DNA from: Calditrichia bacterium
GTDB taxonomy: Bacteria > Calditrichota > Calditrichia > RBG-13-44-9 > J075
Direction of reading: 5' to 3'
DNA: 64,000 nt
NCBI GenBank assembly: GCA_050633245.1
Contig: JBOEGD010000011.1
Span: 288,001-352,000, forward strand
Shown: in pieces, positions 20,106 to 29,410 of the stretch
Numbering within the stretch: position 1 is the stretch's first letter
How the letters are laid out: each line of letters opens with the position of its first letter
Notes under the pieces: model-generated
Database searches by the model: none
What the model was told of the DNA's origin: nothing
What the model saw: only the letters and a program-made list of their open reading frames with translations
Program-made: the position numbers and the translations under genes

Positions 20106-20704
20106 GCGGGTCGCCACGCCGGATTGGTCTGTTTGGAGGAACATTTGATCCGGTTCATCTCGGGCATCTCTTAATTGCCGAATTAATCAGAGACGAACTG
20201 GATCTTGAAAAAGTGCTCTTCATTCCTGTCGGACAGCATGCAATCAAGAATAATGAGAACATCACCTCTGCCAACCATCGATTGGCGATGCTGCAAATTG
20301 CTCTAAGTACAAACGATTATTTCGAATTGAGTGATATCGAAATAAGCAAGCCTGCCATATCCTATACCATCGATACAATCCGAGATCTAAAAAGTCAGTA
20401 CTGTTCTGATGACGCGGAGTTCTATTTTCTGACGGGGATTGATAACATCAATAGCTTTCATCGCTGGAAGAACCCGGAAGAACTGGTAAAGGAATGCCGT
20501 TTTATCGCCTTTGGGCGCCCTGGTTATAAACCTTTCTCGGAAGAGACGCCCTATCGACAACAATTTACCGAAGTAGAAATTCCGCTTCTGGAAATTTCGT
20601 CCTCACAAGTTCGACGTCGAATTAGCGCAGGGAAAACGATTCGCTATTTGGTTCAACGTGGGGTTGAACGCTATATTCGTAAGAATAACCTCTATACACC
20701 ATAA
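20102..20704 (+). CDS. nadD: Nicotinate-nucleotide adenylyltransferase (non-canonical start, probably CTG at 20102)
   Basis: In-frame [17 protein letters not shown] upstream of the track's GTG at 20213; SYTIDT, GIDN..F.RWK, ISSSQVR; in-frame TGA at 20096-20098 bounds the ORF. Confidence 0.92.
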   Translation: MSGSPRRIGLFGGTFDPVHLGHLLIAELIRDELDLEKVLFIPVGQHAIKNNENITSANHRLAMLQIALSTNDYFELSDIEISKPAISYTIDTIRDLKSQYCSDDAEFYFLTGIDNINSFHRWKNPEELVKECRFIAFGRPGYKPFSEETPYRQQFTEVEIPLLEISSSQVRRRISAGKTIRYLVQRGVERYIRKNNLYTP

Positions 20705-20740
20705 ACGTCGATTTTAGACGTCGAGCCTACCAATTAGAAC

Positions 20741-20769
20741 TTGCAAAGATTGATAATAAGGCGTATATT
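20741..20769 (+). promoter_or_regulatory. Sigma70-type promoter for accB-accC-gcvH
   Basis: TTGCAA (20741-20746), 17-nt spacer, TATATT (20764-20769). Confidence 0.6.
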
Positions 20770-20808
20770 TTTCGGTCTATTTTATGCGTAACAGCCTTTG
20801 GAGGGTTA

Positions 20809-21282
20809 ATGGATATCCAGGAAATCAGGCAGTTGATCAAGCTTGTCGAAAAAAGTAAAATCGATGAACTTGAGATTGAGGAGGAAGGGAAAAAAATCCG
20901 CATCAGCAAGAATTCTATTTCTGCCGAGGCATTTAGTCAGCAGAGCCAGGTTTATATGGCTCCACCAGCAATGCAGGCCGCTGCTCCGGCAGCTAACGCA
21001 CCAGTTGCTGCTGCTGAGTCGGTTGAGAAACCGGCTTCATCGGATTACCTTGAGGTACGGTCTCCAATGGTCGGAACTTTCTACCGCTCACCGGCACCGG
21101 ATCAAGACCACTATGTAAGTGAGGGCGACAAAGTAAATGAAGGTTCGCCACTTTGTATAATTGAAGCTATGAAGCTAATGAACGAGGTTGTCTCTGACTA
21201 CAGCGGGCGTATTGCCAAAATTATGGTAGAAAACGCTCAGCCGGTTGAATACAATCAAGTCCTTTTTCTCATCGAAAAATAG
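20809..21282 (+). CDS. accB: Acetyl-CoA carboxylase biotin carboxyl carrier protein
   Basis: Ala/Pro-rich linker, [20 protein letters not shown] biotinylation motif. Confidence 0.96.
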   Translation: MDIQEIRQLIKLVEKSKIDELEIEEEGKKIRISKNSISAEAFSQQSQVYMAPPAMQAAAPAANAPVAAAESVEKPASSDYLEVRSPMVGTFYRSPAPDQDHYVSEGDKVNEGSPLCIIEAMKLMNEVVSDYSGRIAKIMVENAQPVEYNQVLFLIEK

Positions 21283-21321
21283 CCAATCTTTTTACGGAAT
21301 CGCCTAAACCAGGAAACCGTT

Positions 21322-22707
21322 TTGTTCTCGAAGATCCTTATTGCAAATCGCGGAGAAATTGCGCTCCGCATTATCCGCGCCTGTAAAGAACTCGGCGTCA
21401 AAACCGTCGCTGTCTATTCAACTCAGGATGAAACCGCCGCTCATACTATTTTTGCCGACGAGAGTGTTTGCATTGGTCCGCCAGCCGCTGGTCAGAGTTA
21501 TTTAAATACGACGCGTATTCTTACAGCTGCCGAAATTACCGATGCCGATGCCATTCATCCCGGCTATGGCTTTCTTTCAGAAAATGCAGATTTTGCCGAA
21601 ATGTGTAGTGCAGTTGGTCTCACATTTATTGGCCCTCCCGCCGAAGTAATTGATAAGATGGGAGATAAGGCCAAGGCCAAACACTACATGCGTCTGGCCG
21701 GTGTTCCGGTGGTACCAGGAAGCGATGGCGTTATCGGTTCTATTGAAGAATTGCACAAAGTAGCTGAGGAAACCGGTTACCCCGTCATCTTGAAAGCGGT
21801 TTCGGGTGGTGGTGGTAAGGGAATGCGGATTGTGCATGATTCAAAATCTCTTGAAAATGCCTTTATGATGGCCAGTGCAGAGGCAGAAGCCGGTTTTGGA
21901 AATGCCGAAATTTATGTCGAGAAGTATATCGATAAGCCAAGGCACATCGAAATTCAGCTGCTGGCAGATAGCCATGGGAATGTAATTCACCTCGGTGAAC
22001 GCGAATGCTCTATTCAACGTCGCCATCAAAAATTGATTGAGGAAGCACCCTCACCGGTTGTTGATGCGGAAATGCGTGAAAAAATGGGTGCGGTCGCAGT
22101 TAAGGGGGCTGAATTCGTCGGCTATGAAAGCGCGGGAACAATTGAGTTTCTGGTTGATTCGCAGAAAAATTTCTATTTTATGGAGATGAATACCCGTATT
22201 CAGGTTGAGCATACCGTTACCGAGATGGTCTACAACGTCGATTTGATTAAGGAAATGATTCGCGTCGCTGCCGGCGAAAAGCTAAAGCTTAAGCAGAGCG
22301 ATATTTATCCTCGCGGGCATGCTATAGAATGTCGAATTAATGCGGAAGATCCACAGGTGAATTTTATGCCTTCCCCCGGTGAAATAACCAATCTTCACCT
22401 GGCGGGTGGCCCGGGAATTCGCGTAGATACACATATTTACAATTCTTATAAGGTGCCGCCTTTCTATGATTCTCTGCTTGCAAAGCTGATCGTTATTGCC
22501 AGAAACAGGGAAGAGGCGATCCGCCGATTGAATCGGGCACTCGATGAGTTTATTGTTGAAGGAGTAAAAACCACAATACCGTTTCATAAATATGTCATTA
22601 ATACACCGGAGTTTCAATCCGGCGATTTTGATACGCACTATCTTGAAAAAATTTACGAAAAAGCTAAAAAAGCCATGGCAGAAGATTCACAAGGGAGAGA
22701 CGAATGA
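21322..22707 (+). CDS. accC: Acetyl-CoA carboxylase biotin carboxylase subunit
   Basis: [49 protein letters not shown]; TTG start. Confidence 0.97.
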   Translation: MFSKILIANRGEIALRIIRACKELGVKTVAVYSTQDETAAHTIFADESVCIGPPAAGQSYLNTTRILTAAEITDADAIHPGYGFLSENADFAEMCSAVGLTFIGPPAEVIDKMGDKAKAKHYMRLAGVPVVPGSDGVIGSIEELHKVAEETGYPVILKAVSGGGGKGMRIVHDSKSLENAFMMASAEAEAGFGNAEIYVEKYIDKPRHIEIQLLADSHGNVIHLGERECSIQRRHQKLIEEAPSPVVDAEMREKMGAVAVKGAEFVGYESAGTIEFLVDSQKNFYFMEMNTRIQVEHTVTEMVYNVDLIKEMIRVAAGEKLKLKQSDIYPRGHAIECRINAEDPQVNFMPSPGEITNLHLAGGPGIRVDTHIYNSYKVPPFYDSLLAKLIVIARNREEAIRRLNRALDEFIVEGVKTTIPFHKYVINTPEFQSGDFDTHYLEKIYEKAKKAMAEDSQGRDE

Positions 22708-23075
22708 TTCCATCCGATTTGAAGTATACAGCAGAACATGAGTGGGCAAAAATTGAAGGCGATACAATGACAGTCGGTATTACAGAGTATGCCCAGGGTG
22801 AACTGGGTGACATCGTTTTTGTGGAATTTCCTGCGGTTGGTGATGAAATCACGAAGGATGAATCCTTTGGGACCATTGAAGCTGTTAAAGCTGTATCAGA
22901 TCTATATGCCCCCATTACCGGCACCGTGGTAGCCATTAATGAAGCCTTAGCCGACGCACCGGATGCGATCAATAGTGACCCCTATGGTGATGGTTGGATG
23001 ATAAAAATAAAAATCGCTGACGCCGCCGAACTCGATTCGCTGTTAAGCAGTGATCAATATGGCGAGTTAGTTTAG
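22704..23075 (+). CDS. gcvH: Glycine cleavage system H protein
   Basis: [34 protein letters not shown] lipoyl-Lys, [10 protein letters not shown]; ATGA overlap with accC. Confidence 0.97.
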   Translation: MIPSDLKYTAEHEWAKIEGDTMTVGITEYAQGELGDIVFVEFPAVGDEITKDESFGTIEAVKAVSDLYAPITGTVVAINEALADAPDAINSDPYGDGWMIKIKIADAAELDSLLSSDQYGELV

Positions 23076-23151
23076 TCTCTCACCCTGGAACAGAGCGTAG
23101 TAATTTCTTTTTTCGCTATTCTCTGGCCCTATTAGCTTCGATAACAGATAT

Positions 23152-24183
23152 ATGGCAAAAATACTGATTGTCGACGATAATTTGGATATGCTTGATACTC
23201 TGGAACATTTATTTATGTTCTACGATTTCGAAGTTATCCGTGCCGGCAATGGTGCAGAGGCCATTAAAGTTGCAAACTCGGAAAAACCATCTGTTATTGT
23301 GCTCGATGGTCTTATGCCGGTAATGACCGGCTTCGAAGCTTGTGAAGTGCTTAAGAAAGATCCCGCAACCCGAGAAATTCCCATTGTTTTTTTATCGGCA
23401 AACTACACGGATGACGAACATCGTGAGCTGGGTTTCGAGCTGGGGGCAGATGAATACATGCTTAAGCCTTTTAATGCCAAAGAACTGATTGCAAAAGTTC
23501 AGCAACTTCTTCATCATCGCTCTTTAATTGAGCGGCTCAGAACAGACAATCAATTACTTATTCGCTCCCAGTCTACTCTTCCCGGTAAGCAGTTAAAAAG
23601 AGAAACGACTGAAATTGACCAGAATCAAGTTTTAGATCAGCTAACAGGTTTATATAATAACACGAACTTTCTGGAAAAATTGCACGCTGTGTTCCGATCG
23701 TCTAATGCTGGTGAAAGCGAGCTAAGCCTTTTGGTGATAGATGTCGATCATTTTAAGCAGATCAATGCAGCGTTTGGTGAGTATGCCGGTGACTATGTCT
23801 TAATGCAGGTCGCAAACGTAATTTTAACCTCCTGCAGCCTATCTTCCTCAGTATTCAGACTGGGGAGAAATCGCTTCAGCGTTCTTTTCGATGGGATGAG
23901 TGCCAGTGACTGTTTTTATGAAGCAGAACGTATTCGCGCTGCAATTGGACAAACAGCTTTTTTCGAAGGCGATTTTTTTGAACAACGCTTTCGACATACG
24001 CGCAGAAGAAGTGTCGATAAACGATTGACCGCAAGTATTGGCTTGGCTGTATCGAGATTGGATGAAACGCCAACCCGCTTTTTGCGTCGAGCCGAACAGG
24101 CGCTTTTAAAAGCGAAGGCCAAAGGTCGAAACATGACACTCAGGCACAGCGAGATTATACCGGAAAGTTCTCCGGAAAGTTAA
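23152..24183 (+). CDS. Response regulator with degenerate GGDEF domain
   Basis: REC domain (ILIVDD, VLDGLMP, KPF); DQLTGLYN, IDVDHFKQIN; signature is RLGRNRF rather than R-x-GGDEF. Confidence 0.88.
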   Translation: MAKILIVDDNLDMLDTLEHLFMFYDFEVIRAGNGAEAIKVANSEKPSVIVLDGLMPVMTGFEACEVLKKDPATREIPIVFLSANYTDDEHRELGFELGADEYMLKPFNAKELIAKVQQLLHHRSLIERLRTDNQLLIRSQSTLPGKQLKRETTEIDQNQVLDQLTGLYNNTNFLEKLHAVFRSSNAGESELSLLVIDVDHFKQINAAFGEYAGDYVLMQVANVILTSCSLSSSVFRLGRNRFSVLFDGMSASDCFYEAERIRAAIGQTAFFEGDFFEQRFRHTRRRSVDKRLTASIGLAVSRLDETPTRFLRRAEQALLKAKAKGRNMTLRHSEIIPESSPES

Positions 24184-24206
24184 ATAGCTATAACCACAGG
24201 ATTCTC

Positions 24207-24935
24207 ATGTCGAAAAAGATCTTAATCGTTGATGATAACGAACATGTCCTAAAACTGCTTCGTATTAGTCTTGAAAAGGCAGGATATGATATCGCACAGG
24301 CAATGAATGGCGATGAAGGGCTAGACGTGGCGAAGGAGGTTTTGCCAGATCTTATCATCTCTGATGTAATGATGCCGCTTACCGACGGAATTGAATTCTG
24401 CTGGATGATCCGCGATAACTCACCAATCCCGATGGTTCCCTTTATTTTCCTGACAAGCCTGGAAGACCAGGAAATGGAAATCCGCGGATTTCGTGCCGGA
24501 GCAGATGAGTATCTCATCAAACCTGTTGACCGCTCTGTCTTACTCGAAAAAGTAGAAACCCTTCTGGAAAGAGCGACACGCGTTCGTTCGTTCGACAGCA
24601 ATCCAACCGAAGGTATAAAGGGATTTGAAGGTAATCTGGCCGATTTATCATTAGCTGAGGTTATCCAGCTATTGAATCTGAATCAACGTAGCGGAACGCT
24701 ACATGTTGAGGCCGGTGATCGGGGTGAAATCTTTTTTAGCAGCGGACATATGCAGTTTGCAACATTTGGAGATCTGCAGGGTGAAAATGCCATTCACAAA
24801 GTTGTTCCGCAAAAAGAGGGTAAATTTAGCTTTGAGCCCGGAGAAAAAGAAGTGGAGCGCAACATCACTGGTGCTACAATGAATATTCTTCTCGAGGCAT
24901 GCCGTCTGGCAGACGAACAGAATCTATCCGCATAA
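24207..24935 (+). CDS. Response regulator with DUF4388/PatA_N-like C-terminal domain
   Basis: REC domain (ISDVMMP); GNLADLSLAEVIQLL...SGTL...G.IFF..G...A...G.F.F...LLEACRLADE. Confidence 0.88.
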   Translation: MSKKILIVDDNEHVLKLLRISLEKAGYDIAQAMNGDEGLDVAKEVLPDLIISDVMMPLTDGIEFCWMIRDNSPIPMVPFIFLTSLEDQEMEIRGFRAGADEYLIKPVDRSVLLEKVETLLERATRVRSFDSNPTEGIKGFEGNLADLSLAEVIQLLNLNQRSGTLHVEAGDRGEIFFSSGHMQFATFGDLQGENAIHKVVPQKEGKFSFEPGEKEVERNITGATMNILLEACRLADEQNLSA

Positions 24936-24954
24936 CATAAAACAGCGCAAAGAA

Positions 24955-25869
24955 ATGCAGAATTTCACTACCACATTGATGTGTTTGTCAAGACGCTTTT
25001 GGCTGGTGATCTTCCTCATTGTTTTTAGCTGTGACCAACTTCCTGCCCAACTCGCTGAAGGCGAGAAAATTCACATTATTTACACCGGTAATCTTAACGC
25101 TGCATTAGACGACTGTCGCTGTGAAGGACGGCTTGTCGGCGGAATGACGCGCATATTGCCGCTGATTGAACAACTCCGGGATTCTTTATCTGCACCAGCT
25201 CTGGTTGATGCCGGAGATTTTCTGAGCAGTTATTCTTTTCCAGACGTTAATCGGGCAATGCTTCGCCTGCTAAAACGAGCAGACTACGATGCACTGAACC
25301 TGGGAGATCAGGAGTTTGTGGAAGGGGTGAAGTTTCTGGAAAAATGGCAGAAGTCTTCTCGCAATCGTTTGCCTCTGGTTTCCGCAAATGCACAGGCCGA
25401 GCTAAATGGTGAAGGTGCCCTGGCACCGTATAGCATTGTAAAAAAAGGCAAGCACGTTATAGCAGTTATTGGCCTGGTTGAAGAAGAGAGTTTTGAGTTT
25501 GTCTCTTCTGATGGCATTGAAATTATTCCAACGCGAGACCGGCTGCATACACTTCGCTTTCTGGCTAGTGAAACCGATATTCAAATTTTGCTTTATCATG
25601 GCAATAGCTTAAAACTTGATGGCCTTATTCGCGAACACCCGTGGCTGGAAGCTGTTGTTGTTGGCAATAATCAAAAAATTCATGAGTCACTGATCGGTTC
25701 AACCCTTGTAGTCGAGTCAGGAACAGACGGTGAACACGTCGGATTGCTTCGTGCTACCTTCTCTCGCGGTAAGTGGCAATTGAGTAACTCATTCTTCGAA
25801 ATCACCAAAGATCGTAAATTAGATTCAAAAGCTGTTCGAATCAGCGCGCCTTTTTATGGGGCTCAGTAG
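24955..25869 (+). CDS. Exported UshA/5'-nucleotidase-like metallophosphoesterase-fold protein (degenerate, CxC motif)
   Basis: IIYTGNLN, DCRC..GGM.R, LVDAGDF, YDALNLGDQE, LVSAN; N-terminal hydrophobic segment. Confidence 0.75.
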   Translation: MQNFTTTLMCLSRRFWLVIFLIVFSCDQLPAQLAEGEKIHIIYTGNLNAALDDCRCEGRLVGGMTRILPLIEQLRDSLSAPALVDAGDFLSSYSFPDVNRAMLRLLKRADYDALNLGDQEFVEGVKFLEKWQKSSRNRLPLVSANAQAELNGEGALAPYSIVKKGKHVIAVIGLVEEESFEFVSSDGIEIIPTRDRLHTLRFLASETDIQILLYHGNSLKLDGLIREHPWLEAVVVGNNQKIHESLIGSTLVVESGTDGEHVGLLRATFSRGKWQLSNSFFEITKDRKLDSKAVRISAPFYGAQ

Positions 25870-26047
25870 ATCCTGATTCGCAAAACATGTTGCTTCTGAA
25901 ATCTCTCTGACTATATTAGCCCTGTTCAATAGTCAAATGATACAGGATGATACCCTGCAAACGCATCGGATGAGACAACTTCTTACCTTTTGGTTAAACC
26001 GTATTGCATTTGCGGTCTACCTACCGCTAAAAGCTCTGTTATTCACC

Positions 26048-27079
26048 ATGAAAAAATATCTTCTTGCTACCTTTCTTATTCTACTTGTCGCACTTGCTGC
26101 CAGTGCAGCATATGTCTATCCAAAGACACTCGGCAAACTTCCTAATGCAGAAACGGTGAAACTTGTTGTGCCGAAGGGAGCCTCTTACCACCAGGTTGCC
26201 GATTCTCTGGTTGCCGCTGAAGTGCTCGGCGAAAAACGCTGGTTTTTATTGCTCGGTCGCTTGACAGGTGCTGATAAAAAAATGCGTGCCGGGAGATTTG
26301 ATATACCACCGGGTCTTTCAACAAAAGACCTGGTACAGCACTTGAATGATGCTCCGTTGTCGCAAATCAAGGTGACGCTTCCTGAGGGGATTCTCGCAAG
26401 CCGTATGGCTGCTGCCTTTGAGCGTAAGCTGGGTGCGGACTCAAGCCTGTTTATGAAATTTGTTCACGACACAGCATTTGCACAAACGCTGGTGCCGGGT
26501 GCGAAGTCGTTGGAAGGTTATCTGTTACCGGAAACGTATTTATTTCAATGGAAGACACCGGAAAAAGAGCTGGTAAAATTTTTGGTCAATCAAACGCTGG
26601 CTATTTTTGCGCCCGACAGCATCAGCAAGCGACTAACCGAAATGGATATGACTCAGCTGGAAATTCTTACGCTGGCATCCATCGTGGAAGGGGAAGCGTT
26701 GGTAGATGCCGAACGCCCAATAATCTCTTCTTTGTATCACAATCGCTTACGTTTGAAGTGGCCTCTTCAGGCAGATCCCACAATTCAATTTATTTTACCC
26801 GGCCCGCCGCGTCGTCTGCTCAATAAGCATTTGAAAATCGACTCACCGTACAATACCTATAAATACGGTGGACTGCCGCCTGGTCCGGTGAATAACCCGG
26901 GTAAGAATTCAATTCTTGCTACCCTCTATCCGGATAGCACGCCTTATTTGTATATGGTCGCATCCGGAGATGGTGGCCACAAGTTTAGCAAGACGCTTCG
27001 CGAGCATAACTATTGGCACGCAAAGTTTAATGAAGTGCGTCGACGCTACCGTCGTGAACAGCGACGACAACAAAATTAG
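26048..27079 (+). CDS. mltG: Endolytic peptidoglycan transglycosylase MltG
   Basis: VTLPEG, LEGYLLPETY, LASIVEGE, LQADPT, SPYNTY..GLPPGPV.NPG; start MKKYLL at 26048 preferred over 25937. Confidence 0.94.
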   Translation: MKKYLLATFLILLVALAASAAYVYPKTLGKLPNAETVKLVVPKGASYHQVADSLVAAEVLGEKRWFLLLGRLTGADKKMRAGRFDIPPGLSTKDLVQHLNDAPLSQIKVTLPEGILASRMAAAFERKLGADSSLFMKFVHDTAFAQTLVPGAKSLEGYLLPETYLFQWKTPEKELVKFLVNQTLAIFAPDSISKRLTEMDMTQLEILTLASIVEGEALVDAERPIISSLYHNRLRLKWPLQADPTIQFILPGPPRRLLNKHLKIDSPYNTYKYGGLPPGPVNNPGKNSILATLYPDSTPYLYMVASGDGGHKFSKTLREHNYWHAKFNEVRRRYRREQRRQQN

Positions 27080-27169
27080 CACATCGTCATACCGTAAAAA
27101 GACTTTCCTTAAACGCTATTTCTGGCTATATTTATCGCCGTTACCAAACTGGAAGAGAGCCGTCTTTTT

Positions 27170-29368
27170 ATGTCCGATATCCTTGCCACTCTGAACCCCT
27201 CGCAAAAAGATGCTGTTGAACATCTGGAAGGTCCGATTTTGGTGCTGGCCGGCGCTGGTAGCGGTAAAACGCGCGTGCTTACCTATCGAATCGCGAACCT
27301 TTTGCAAAAGGGCGTGGCTCGCCCTCATGAAATTCTTGCAGTAACGTTTACCAATAAAGCTGCACGTGAGATGCAGAAGCGAATTGAGAGTCTTATCTCA
27401 TCCTCTGCACGGGGGATGTGGATTGGAACCTTTCACTCTATCTGCGCTCGCATTCTGCGGATGGAGGCTCACGAGCTGGGCTACGATAGCAATTTTACTA
27501 TTTACGATGTAGACGATCAGCTTCGTCTTCTTCAGAACGTGATGGCTGGCTTAAATATCAGCACCCAAACGCTGAAGCCTCGACAGGTGCAGTATCGTAT
27601 TAGTGACAGTAAAAATAAAATGATTACGCCAGAGCGTTTCGATAAGATGGCAATGGATTATAATGACAAGCGCATCGCTCAGGTCTATCATGCTTACGAA
27701 AAAGCTAAGCGTCGTAATAATGCTTTCGACTTTGATGACCTGCTAATCAAGCCGCTCGATGTTTTTACCAAACATGAGCACGTGTTGCACAAGTATCAAT
27801 CTCGCTTTCGCCAGATACTGGTCGATGAGTATCAAGATACCAATAAAGCGCAATACTATTTTATTAAGCATCTTTCATCCATGCATCGCAATATTTGTGT
27901 CGTTGGCGATGAGGATCAGAGTATTTATCGCTGGCGTGGTGCAGATATCGAAAATATTTTGAACTTCGGTAAAGATTACCCGGAAGCAAAGACGGTCAGA
28001 CTCGAACAAAATTATCGTTCAACAACTACTATCCTGGAAGCAGCTAATGCGGTAGTCTCAAATAATGAGCGGCGTTTGGGAAAGGAACTTTGGTCCAAGC
28101 GCGAAGCTGGCAGCTTAATCGCAATTAACCGCTGCGCCGATGAAGCTTCAGAGGCTGCTCAAATTGTGGAGATTATCCGCAGTGAAGCACGTAGCCACGA
28201 CTACAACTATAATGACTTTGCTGTTCTCTATCGCACCAATGCACAAAGCCGTGCAATGGAAGATCGGCTGAGGCGTGCCAATATTCCTTACACCATAGTT
28301 GGTGGCACAAAGTTCTATGACCGAAAAGAAGTAAAAGACATTCTCGCCTATTTACGTGTTTTGGTGAATCCACTTGATGGCGTGGCCATGCGCAGAATAG
28401 TAAATTTTCCACCACGTGGAATAGGCGATAAAACTCAACAGCATATTGAACAATACGCTACGGAGAAGGCGCAGTCGCTTTTTCAGGCCGTTGTCGATGG
28501 AGCAAACATTAGTACGTTATCGGCCAGAGTCCGGACAAAAATTCAAGCGTTTGGTATGTCTCTGCAGCAGCTGCGCGAAAAGCTGGAAACCGAAAACGCT
28601 TATCTGCTTGCCCAGGAGGTTGCTCAGGTATTTGGCTTGAAGCGACACTACGAAAAGTCTACTTTGGTGGAAGATGAAACGCGACTCGAGAACATAAATG
28701 AACTTCTGAACAGTATTGCCGCTTTTGTTGAAACGGAAGGGGAAGATGCAACGCTTTCTAAATATCTTGAAGATGTTGCGTTACTGACAGATGTAGATCG
28801 CTGGGATCCGGATCATCAGGCAATTACACTGATGACGTTGCATAGCGCAAAGGGACTGGAGTTTCCGGTTGTTGTGCTTAGCGGCATGGAAGACGGCCTT
28901 TTTCCGCTTTTTCGCAGTCTGAATAATCCGGAGGACTTGGAGGAGGAACGACGTCTGTTTTATGTGGGAATGACGCGTGCAATGAACAGCCTCTATTTGC
29001 TCTGGACGAATCAACGTCGACGTTTTACCGGGGAAAAAGCCGGTATGATGCACCGCAATACACCGTCTCGCTTTCTGTTGGAAATACCAGCGTCGTTTAA
29101 AAATGAACCAACCGTTGGACGAGCAACGTTTAGTCAAACCCGTAAAAACACGCGTCCACGCGCGGCCATGGACTTTGCCGAACAAATGCTCAGTGCCGAT
29201 TCCAAATACAAAATTGGTGATTGGGTTCAGCATGAATCATTTGGGAAAGGGCAGGTCTTGGGAGTCGAAGGCAGCGGAAGTGGTACCAAGCTAACCGTAC
29301 TATTTCAAAAGAAGCAGCTAAAGAAACTCATTGCCGAATATGCGAACTTAACTGTTTTGAATACATAA
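27170..29368 (+). CDS. pcrA: ATP-dependent DNA helicase UvrD/PcrA
   Basis: LAGAGSGKTRV, TFTNKAA, VDEYQDTN, GDEDQSIY, LEQNYRS, TLHSAKGLEF, EERRLFYVGMTRA; C-terminal Tudor-like VQHESFGKG. Confidence 0.95.
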   Translation: MSDILATLNPSQKDAVEHLEGPILVLAGAGSGKTRVLTYRIANLLQKGVARPHEILAVTFTNKAAREMQKRIESLISSSARGMWIGTFHSICARILRMEAHELGYDSNFTIYDVDDQLRLLQNVMAGLNISTQTLKPRQVQYRISDSKNKMITPERFDKMAMDYNDKRIAQVYHAYEKAKRRNNAFDFDDLLIKPLDVFTKHEHVLHKYQSRFRQILVDEYQDTNKAQYYFIKHLSSMHRNICVVGDEDQSIYRWRGADIENILNFGKDYPEAKTVRLEQNYRSTTTILEAANAVVSNNERRLGKELWSKREAGSLIAINRCADEASEAAQIVEIIRSEARSHDYNYNDFAVLYRTNAQSRAMEDRLRRANIPYTIVGGTKFYDRKEVKDILAYLRVLVNPLDGVAMRRIVNFPPRGIGDKTQQHIEQYATEKAQSLFQAVVDGANISTLSARVRTKIQAFGMSLQQLREKLETENAYLLAQEVAQVFGLKRHYEKSTLVEDETRLENINELLNSIAAFVETEGEDATLSKYLEDVALLTDVDRWDPDHQAITLMTLHSAKGLEFPVVVLSGMEDGLFPLFRSLNNPEDLEEERRLFYVGMTRAMNSLYLLWTNQRRRFTGEKAGMMHRNTPSRFLLEIPASFKNEPTVGRATFSQTRKNTRPRAAMDFAEQMLSADSKYKIGDWVQHESFGKGQVLGVEGSGSGTKLTVLFQKKQLKKLIAEYANLTVLNT

Positions 29369-29410
29369 AATACTTTGGTAATAAGACGATATGTCATTCG
29401 AGGTTTATAC

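Noticed and set aside
25114-25122. Possible selenocysteine recoding in the UshA-like gene
   Set aside because: Both codons are TGT; there is no in-frame TGA.
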